A stretch of DNA of 64,000 nt from the human T2T-CHM13v2.0 reference genome, Homo sapiens. Location of the stretch: assembly GCF_009914755.1 (NCBI RefSeq), contig NC_060927.1; one strand, written 5' to 3'. Position 1 is the first letter of the stretch, and the number at the start of each line of letters is the position of its first letter. The notes under the pieces are model-generated. The model had not been told where the DNA came from. It made no database searches and saw only the letters and a program-made list of their open reading frames with translations. Of this stretch, positions 17,701-48,047 are shown in pieces. Position numbers and translations under genes: made by a program.

Positions 17701-20700
17701 ACAGGGCAGTGGGGCCAGGCAGGGAGTTGGCTCCCCCAAACTCTTGAGTCTCTGCATCTCCCAGCTGAGCCCAACACACAGTAAGGTGCAGGCAGGGGCC
17801 ACGGAAGGCAGGGCTGAGCTTGCAGAACACATTGTTCCTCCTCCTCCTCTTCTTCCTCCTCCTCTGTTTGCGAGGTCATCACTTCCTTGCCCCCCTCCAC
17901 CCCCAAGGAGCCCTGTGTGGTTACGCTTGATTGGAAAAATTGATGTGGGGCCGCTGAGTTTAAGGGCGGGGGTGGTCACCCTTCCATCTTGAACCCAGCT
18001 CTGCTCGTTGGGCCAAGAGTGGCTTCCAGAGCCAGCTGTGCTGAGAGAGGGTGCTGCTGTGAGGACAGGATGTACTGGATGGCCCTGAGTTCAGTGCTCC
18101 AGTCCCTTGCCTCCACAGCCCCCACACCAGCTCAGGAAAGGAGTGCAGTGGGACTGGGGGAAGCCTAGACCACTGACCTCCCCAAAAAGATCATGACTAG
18201 TCCGGGAGGCAGAGAGGCCCCAGAGATAGAGCAGAGGTCAGGGCAGGCAGGAGCTGGGTGTGTGACTTTGGGCAGAGGCCTGACCTCACTGGGCCAGACC
18301 AGCTGCCAGTGTCCCCTCCAGCTTCAGGGAGGCATCTGAGTTATGCCTAGCCACCTCCCGTTAAGCCCAGAACCTCCTCCACACTGGCGACCCACCTGTG
18401 CCCAGTGAGAGCCCTTCGGCCTCTTCCAAAGAGGCTCACCTCAGAGGGCACGGGTGTCGGAAGGCCTGGAGACTTGCTCTGGATGAGCGGGGTGACCTCT
18501 GGCATGCCATTGCCCTTCTCTGGATGTCGCTTTCCCATACACGGTTTTATAAACTTCCCTGAGTGCTTCCCCTCTCCAGCCAGTTCAGCCAATGTCCACG
18601 GTGCCTCTGGGCCAGGCTTGGTGCAGCCTGCAGGATGGCCAGGCAGACACAACCCTGATTCCAGCCCTAGAGACATTCCCAGTGTCCGCCAGCTCATTGC
18701 CTTGCCCCAGCCAGTGTCCCCTGAGGCATTTAGAGTGAGAGGAAACTGAGGCCCAGAGATTTGGCAAGGCACGACAAAGGACCACCCACATAGAGGGTTC
18801 CTCCAGGCCTAACAGGGCAGGAGTGTCAGGACTAGGGGTTCTCCACTCGAGGGCTCCCGGCCACAGCCCCCGGCAAGGACCCAGTGTCTGAGCTAACCCC
18901 CTCCCCACCACCTCCTCCTTCCTGGCCCCCTCCTCCCTTCAAACCGCAGGGCCCAGCCGGCCTCTGGAACGCGTGCCCGGGACCTCGGTGATATTTTGAG
19001 TTTAAGAAAACTTTGCAGTCGGCAGGAGCTCTTAAAGGTTATAAATAGCAGCAGCGGGAGCCCATGCAGGGAGAGGCGGAAACACGTGTCAAACACGCCT
19101 GGGAGGGGGTATTCCGAGGCACAGACCCCCCCACACACACACAATAGGGACGCACTAGGCTTCTGGGGATTTTACAACCACTGGAGCGGGAAATCACACT
19201 CTACCCAGAAGGCGTCTGGGAAACAGGACCCGCTTTGGACCCCCAACCAGTGTCCCCAGTGGCTGGCCAGGTTGCCCGGGCATGTGGGGGCACTGATGAA
19301 AGGGGATCTGGTGGGGAGGCCTTTCTCCTACCCCACTCCCCGCCACCATGCCACCAGGGATCTCCCTCAGAGCTGCCCTTGGGAACAGCAGGGCTGGGGG
19401 TGGGTTTGGAGAGAGTCCACTCTAACCCGTCTGTGGCAGGGAGAACTGAAGACCTGAGTGGGGACAGAATTGTTACCAGGTCATGGGAAAGCTGGACAAG
19501 ATTTGGACCCCCAAGCCACAGTTCTTCCCATTGAACACTGTTGCTGCCTCCCTTCCATTTCCAGGGACCACGGGACGGTGCTCTAACTCACCCAAAGAAA
19601 GCACAGAGATGGGCACAAAGGTAACAACACGCAACACTGAGGGATGCAGACCTGAGGGCCCCATCCCTCAGCATCCAATCCCAGTGCTTCCCCTTCCGGT
19701 GAAGACCTCCTGCTGAACAGATGAGGAACAGACCAGAGACTTGCCCTACTCCAGTGGGATGCAAGCCCATGCCCACACTGCCAGGGAGTGGACTGTCAAC
19801 AACCCAAGGCCAGGTATGCAGCCTCAGCAAGGACATCAGCTCCGCTTTGGACACAGCAGTCTCAGCCTTGCCTTGAGGGTCATGCAATTTGAGGACATGC
19901 CCTCAGGAGCCTAGTCTGAGGAGACACCCTTCTGGGGCCTGATCTAAGAGAAATCAGTTTTGATGGCCTCGTGGCCATGGAAGGAACCCTTCAACCTCCA
20001 CCACCTCCCTGGATTTCCCAACTGCTCCACAATGTGCATGGGGCAAGAACTGTTACGACGCTGCAAATACCTGGAAACTCAGGCGAGTCTCAGGCTCCCA
20101 CCCACCATCCCACTTATGCCTCACTCATGCCCCACCTGCTGCCCACAGCTCCCAGCAGGTCTGGGGGCGGCATCCAGCCTTGGCATCCAGGCGTTCTGAA
20201 CCTCAGGGAGCCCCAAAGGGTTTATGGGTCTCCCAATGAATGGGAGCCTGTTGAGCTCGGAGGGGGCCGGGCCCGAGTAAACATGGCTGGGTCTGAGCTG
20301 CCATTCTCCCCCTACCTCTTCCCCAGAACCCAGGACCAAAATACAACTTCCTGTCCCCGGAGCTGAGGGCCAGACTTGCCCCCCAGAGCCCTGGGCTGGG
20401 GCCCACAGGAGGAACGCAAACTGGCAGGCCCAAGGCTCGAGGAGAGAAAGGCCTTCAGGTTTTCAGACTCCCAGGTCTGCTTGCATCCAAGACCCAAGTG
20501 CCTGGGCACTTTACAGATCCCCTTTGAGCCTGAAACTGCCCAACTGTTAACAACAGATCAGGAAACTGAGGCCATGAGCAGGAAGGCGTCTGGCTCAGGG
20601 ATCCACAGGTCAAAGCAGAAAAGGCCCCAGCCTCCTGCTTCCCTGGCCAGTGAGGATGGGGCCTGTGGGCAGGGTAGGGCAGTGCATGTGGACTCAGGGG

Positions 20701-22119
20701 AGGTAGAGGCTCTGGCAGTCAAGAGCCAGGGCAACAGGGAGGCTTGACAGAGCACAGGGGAACTCTCCCTCCTTTGGGCACAACTGCCCACTGACCTCCG
20801 CTGGCCTGGTCACAGAATAGCCTACGTGTCCCAGGATACCCCTTGGAGCAGTGCACTTCAGAGTAGCTGGGGCAGGAGTCCCATAAGTGCTGTTTGTCAT
20901 AGTTTCACTATGTCCCCTGGCCAGTCCATTCTGCTCTTTGGTCCCGTTTCCTCCACCTGGAGGCCAGGTATCACCGAGCCTGCCTCCCTGACTAACTTGT
21001 GAAACAAAAAGTACTTTGGAAACTCTAATGAGTGGTACCCTCCCCAGGAGCCTGGAAGACCCAGGGAGGGGGGCCCTAGGAATGTGCCCAATGGCTGGGG
21101 GTGGTTGGGGCCAGCTGCCTCACATGCAGGGCACTGGGGGCTACAGCTGGAATGTGCTGAGTGGCAGCTGCCACGTGAATCATTATACCTCATCAGGCTG
21201 AGCCTAGGACTTCCAGACACAAACCAGCTCAGACTGGGCTCAGGCAGAAGGGCAGCCTCCAGCCGGGTCACAGGGCCTGGGGGTGAGGTTTCTGGGATCT
21301 TGCAGGGTCTCTGCCTCCCTGTCTGCCCACATCTTCATCCTGAGCAACCAGCCCTGGTTCTGAACACAGCTCGTTCTACAGACCCACAGAGAGAAGTCAT
21401 CCTGTCCACAGCCCCCTGCCTTTGAGACCTGTGACAGCTTAAGCAGACCCTGGGCCTGGAAGGGCCTGGGAGGCAGATAGGGAGGGCTTCCTGGCTGACT
21501 CCTCACCAGGAGCCCACATTCCAGTGGGCAAGGAGTCAGATATGAGGTGGCTGTGGGGCTGTAGGGGTCAGGACACGGGCTGGAGTGGAATGACGGCCCC
21601 CTCCATCTCTTCCGTCTAGGAGCCACTGGGTACCCAGTGCTGGCAGATCAGGCTTTCTTGGGCCTCAGTTTTCCTGCCTGTGACACAGGCAAGAACCACC
21701 TCCAGCCCCCCTCTGATTTCTCTGGGTGCCTTAAACTTGAGTGAAGTCACTAGTAGGGGCTGTGTTCATACCTCGTGGCAGCCTGATATTCCTGAGATGT
21801 GGAAAGGACCAGAGGGTTAGACAGGGACACAGAGACTAAGAGAGAGGCATGGCAGGGCAAGGAGAGGACTATTGAGGCACACACACGTGTCTGGCAGCCT
21901 GAGTGGGCCCAGTTACCTGGCAGGCAGACCCATGGGTGCTGAGGGGAGGGCCCAGCCCTGGGCATCTGAACACCGGCACACTTGGATCTGCCTCTGTTGC
22001 CTCCTACTCCTGACTAGGAGCCTGGGACAAAGTCCTGGGCCAGTGTAGGGCTTGGTAAAAAATAATTAATTTTCTTTTCAAGTGGAAGCTCTGACTCAGG
22101 TCTTTTCTTGTCCCCAGCA

Positions 22120-22241
22120 GCACTATCCTTGCTTAGGCCTGAGCCACAGAAGCTGCTCAGGGACTATCCATGGCCTCCCCGTGGCCAACTTGAGTCTGCT
22201 CTGCAGCTTTAGGCCCGACTTGGAAGGCCCATGGGCTGCAG
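22120..22241 (+). other. PTH1R: PTH1R untranslated exon U1 (P1 promoter); start approximate
   Basis: Strong donor CAG|gtgagt at 22241/22242; sequence matches my recollection of the PTH1R mRNA 5' end. Confidence 0.75.
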
Positions 22242-23858
22242 GTGAGTGGGGGCCAGGGGAGCCTAGGGGCCTGAGCACAGCTGGGAAGCCCAAGTCTGTG
22301 GTTTCCCTGGGGGTGAGTGTCTAAATACCTGGGCCGTGCTATGGGGCAGACAAGACATGCCCGCATGGAGACACATCTGTGGACCTGGTGTTATGACAGC
22401 AGGGGGCTTGTAACCATGAGGCCAGCAGGGACAGAAAGCCCATACCTCTAGCTCCTTGGGAGCCTTAGGAGTGCTCCCTGGTTGGGACAGAGCCTGCTGG
22501 CCCCAGGTGCCCCCATCGCCCCTCCCTTCACCTTCCTGAGAGGCAAGAAAGCCAGGCAGCCATGCTTCTGCTGCAAGGGAAGGGGGCTGCCCAGCCAGCT
22601 GCCATGGGAGCCTCCAGCGACTCAGCTGGGTGTCAGGGGGTGTTTATGAGCAGCCGAAATGGCTGTAAAAGTGGCACCTCGCTTCACTTATGGCCTAGCC
22701 ATCCCCTCCCCTACTGGGCTCTTGCCTCAAAAAGTTTCCAGAGGGGCCTAGAAGCCGAGAGAGGTCTGGGGTTGAGGGCTGGGTGGAGGCACAACCTGGG
22801 GTCAGAGTTCAGCCAGGGGCTAGAAATCAGACTGGGATAAGAACTCAGCCTGAGGCTGGGGCTCATGATGGAGATAGAGCTCAGTCTGGGATCAGGGCTA
22901 AGCTTGGATGCAGCCTGACTTTGGGGCTAGTGTTGGGATGAAGCACTGGGGAAATATAAGGACTCAGAAATAGATGTGAGCCATTAGTCCCAGAGAACCC
23001 CTGGTCTGGCCAAGGGGTTTTCTGAGGGAGGAAGGCCAGGCTGCATTGCTCAGACAGCTGAGCCTCTTGCCTTGCTTGTTGGTGTCTGATGCCCACCCTG
23101 GCCCCAGGGTCTGTGTACCTTGGCCAGAGCCCTACTCACGGTGGGATGGCTGCAGCAGAGGCCTGTCAGCCTGGGGCTGCCACACCAGCAGGGGTGGGGC
23201 CAGAGTCTGGCCCCTACTGCAGTTCTGAGATCCAGTGACCACCCTGGCTCCTCCTCCTAGGCCCCAGCCTGGGGATTAGAGACAGGGACTCACTCCTACT
23301 CCCCACCCCCAGCCAGGCCTTTTCAAACCCCATTGAAACTAACACTGACCTGACACTAACCAGAAACTGACTCTGAGCCCCTGGGGCGTGCTTGTCAAAA
23401 AGGGCAAGCTGACTCTGCCAGGTGCTTGGGTGCTACCAGTTAATGTGTGACACCCCCACCCTCATGGTAGCACTTTAACCAGAGGCCCGAGGGTGAGAGA
23501 GATGATCTGTGGCCCCACCCACAGCTGTGGAATGTCCAGCAGGGGACTCTGGGGTGAGGCACATGAGTTATGGCAGGAGGAATGCCCTTAAGGGACCCAG
23601 CACCCATCAGATTCCTCTCTGCAGCCCTCTCCACAGCCCACCCTCATCCTCCCAAGTACAAGTAGTATGTTTCCAAATCTCAAGTTTTCCCTGGTGTCAG
23701 ATCTGAAAAGAACTCCTCCCCTCAGCCTCTAGTTTTATCTCTCAGTCCTTCCAATCCCTCCATTAATGTTCTTTTCTCATCACCAAGGGGGAAAGCAGGG
23801 TGGAAGATCAGTGGTCACAGAACCATAAAACTTAGAGACACTTAGAAACAGAGGCATA

Positions 23859-24573
<715 letters not shown>

Positions 24574-24771
24574 TCACAACCTCCCTCCCCAGTAACGGAG
24601 GATGTGGGCACACAAGGAGGGAGGGGAGTGTCCTTTACACCAGGCAGAAGAGTATGATCCTGGCAGAGGAAGCAGCAAGGACAAAGGCAGGAGAGTGGAT
24701 GTGTGAAGAAGACCAGGAGTCTAGCAGACAGTTCCTGTTAGGGAGAGTCATTTTTGGAGGAAACTGTCTCA

Positions 24772-25165
<394 letters not shown>

Positions 25166-25439
25166 GTAGCAGCAGAAGAAATACATGGGGAATGCACCTG
25201 GGAGTGCAGTCTGGAAGCTGGATGGGCTTGAGCCAGCAGAAGGGTGGCTGCAGCTGGATCCTAGGCCTTAGGACTTGGGCTTGACAGATTTGCACTGAGG
25301 GTTGGAGGGCAGGTTTGCAGGCTCCGAGGAGCTCAATATCCACAGGCTGAGTCTTGAGAGCCCCTGGAGCCCATGGGCCAGGATGCCCACCCTCGTGGAA
25401 ACTAAACAGTAAAGTTAACATTGCCCTTGAATCAGCTGG

Positions 25440-25560
25440 CCAACCTCTCCATTTTGCAGATGAGGAAACTGAGGTCCAGACAGCCGAAGAGTGGTAGTGT
25501 CCAGGACACACAACTGGTAAGCGGGCAAGCACAGGCTGTTGCTTAGCCCAGACTCATTTC
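25440..25560. mobile_element. MIR element hosting exon U2
   Basis: ccattttgcagatgaggaaactgagg...ccaggacacacaactggtaag matches the MIR core consensus. Confidence 0.8.
25460..25516 (+). other. PTH1R: PTH1R untranslated exon U2 (57 nt, MIR-derived)
   Basis: Acceptor ctccattttgcag|ATGAGG; donor CTG|gtaagc. Confidence 0.75.
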
Positions 25561-26599
25561 CCAGGGCCTCATGCATTCGCTTCCTCCGCGATCCTTAAAG
25601 CCCTGCGCTCCAGGCATCCCCAGCCCCTCCCTCTGCCTCAGTTTCCCCACTTGGTACCGGGAGGTGGTAGGTTTGGGGTCGAAGGGCCCCTCCTCTTAGA
25701 GCTCCAGCGTGCCCTCCCCAGCCAAACACAGAAATCCCGCCCCGTTCAGCCCCAACCCCCGCGGACTCCTCCTTGCCTTCCCCTAAGTCGAGGGTCCCAG
25801 GCGGCCCGGTCCGAGCCGGCCGATAGCTTTTGGGAGTGGGGGTGGGAACGGGGGAGGGAGGTGAAGCCTGAGAGTGGGTGTCTGGATTGAGCCCCAGGTC
25901 TGGCAGCCTCGAGCCTCCGGGGTTGGGGCTGGGCAAGCTGGAGAGGCCCGGCCAGCAGCTGAATGGGTCGAGACTCGGAGACCCGGACCCGAAGAGACGC
26001 TGGGCAGGGAGGGAGCGGGATGTGTGGCTGCAGACCTGGGCGGGGGTCGGGGCTGGCCTAGGGCCGAGAGGAACGACAGGCCTGGGATGGGACTGAGGGC
26101 AGGGGACGAGGCGAGGGTGGGGCTGGACGTGGGGGAGGGCGGCAGCAGCCAAGCCGGGCTCGGGGCTGGCAGCCGAGCGGCCTCCCCAGGGACCCCGACC
26201 CGGCCCGAACGGGAGCCCAGTGGACTGACAGCGTCGCGGCCGGGGGCGCGCGGGGGTACCGGGCAGCCTCCTCAGGGGATTCGCCCATGATGAAAGAGGG
26301 CTCGCTTCTCGGCTCAGGGTCTCTATTCGCCAGCGGGGGCCGGATGATCAAGGGAAAAAAAATTTAAAAGCCCGTGCTTTCCAGAAGAGAATGAAGCGGC
26401 GGCGGCGTCCCGGGTTCCCTGCTCGGGTCTCGATGTTACAGCTGCCCCCGCCCCGTCTCCCCAGCACTCACATCCCGCCGCCGTAAGACTCCGGGCCTCG
26501 GCCTCTAGCGCAATGTCCCGGGGCGGGGGGCGGAAGGCTCCTCTCGGCCTCTCCACACTCCCGCGTCGGCGGCTGCGGAGGGGGTGGGGGCGGGAGAGG

Positions 26600-26862
26600 C
26601 CCGGGAGGGCGCGGGGGAGGGAAGAGGCGCCCGGCCGGGGAGAAGGGGAGCGGCAGACGCCGAGGCGAGGGATGCGCGCGGCGGGCGGTGGCTCCGAGCG
26701 GCGGCCGGGCGGGGGGCGCTGGAGGCCAGGCCGGCCAGCGGGGGGTATCCCGAGAGCTCCATGAAGTCCCCCCGGGGCCGCGGACGGGGCGCTGGCTTGG
26801 GGAGGCTGTCGGGGGGGCCCCGACATCCATGGCAAGGCGGGGGCCGCGGCGGCGCGCTCGGA
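26600..26862 (+). other. PTH1R: PTH1R untranslated exon U3 (P2 promoter); start approximate
   Basis: Donor GGA|gtaagt at 26862/26863 inside the CpG island. Confidence 0.7.
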
Positions 26863-27535
26863 GTAAGTCGGGGCTGGGGACCCGCGCCGAGGGGAAGTGG
26901 CCGGAGTCGGGGAGGAGCGACTCCGGGCCTGGCCGGAGCAGCCAGGCTGCTCTGTCTCGGTGTCAGTCGGCGGCGCCTCCTCGGAACCCGGGGGAGTCGC
27001 CAGCCCCGCGCCGCTCGGCTCGGTGGCTTTTTTGGAAACTTGCAAATGTTTTCGTAGAGAGAAAAGGGGGAGGGAGGGAGCGAGGGAGTGACCGAAACGG
27101 AGCTTGGGGCCGCTGGAAGAACTGAGGCCAAGGCCGGGGGAGCTAGAGACGGACTGACAGACAGGCAGACCGACAGAGCGTCGGGGCCGCTGCGCGCCCG
27201 AGCCGCACAGGCGCAAGCGGGGCTCTGGCCAAGGATGGGGAAGGGGTGCGGGAGGCGGCTGCCGAGGGTCTGGGATCTCAGGAGGCCGAACGGCCGGGGG
27301 CTGGCGGCCGGAACACCTAAGGGCTCAGTGTGGCTGCAAAGTTGAGATCGCACCCCCTAACTGCACGCCCCGCGCGGCTCAGAACGCGCCCCCTGCCCGG
27401 CCCTGACTCCCTACGCCGAAAGTCGCGGAGCTAAAAATAACAGTCCTGCGCGCCCCCCGCAGACCGCGACCCCGACCCCTCCCCCGCCCCCTCCCCCCAC
27501 TGGGCGTGGGGCGAAGCCACAGCTCCCATTTCCCC

Positions 27536-27579
27536 AAAAGAAAAAAAAAGAAAGAAAGAAAGAAAGAAAGAAAGAAAAG
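27536..27579 (+). repeat. (AAAG)n microsatellite in the PTH1R P3 promoter
   Basis: aaaag, A9G, then six perfect AAAG units (27551-27574), then aaaag. Confidence 0.95.
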
Positions 27580-27948
27580 GCGGCGCGGGAGGGGGGCGGG
27601 GGGCGGGCCGGGGGCGGGGGGCCCGGCCATATGGATGTGATTTCTTCGCTCCGAGGCAGACGGGCCGCTCCGCAGCGCTCGGCGCCCGCCCGCCGCCCGC
27701 CCGGCCTCCGGCTCTCCCTCCCTCCCTCCTGTCCCTCCCTCCCTCCCTCCTTTGCGCTGCTCGCTCGCTCGCTCGCTCGCTCGCCCTCAGCGCATGGGCC
27801 CCGCGCCGGGCCCCGGGGCCTCGGGCCGCCGGGACGCCGGGGTCCCATAGGCCGGGGCGTGGGCGGGGCGGCCAGCCTGACGCAGCTCTGCACCCCCTAC
27901 CACCACCAGGGCCGGCGGCGGCGGCTGCCCCGAGGGACGCGGCCCTAG

Positions 27949-48047
<20,099 letters not shown>

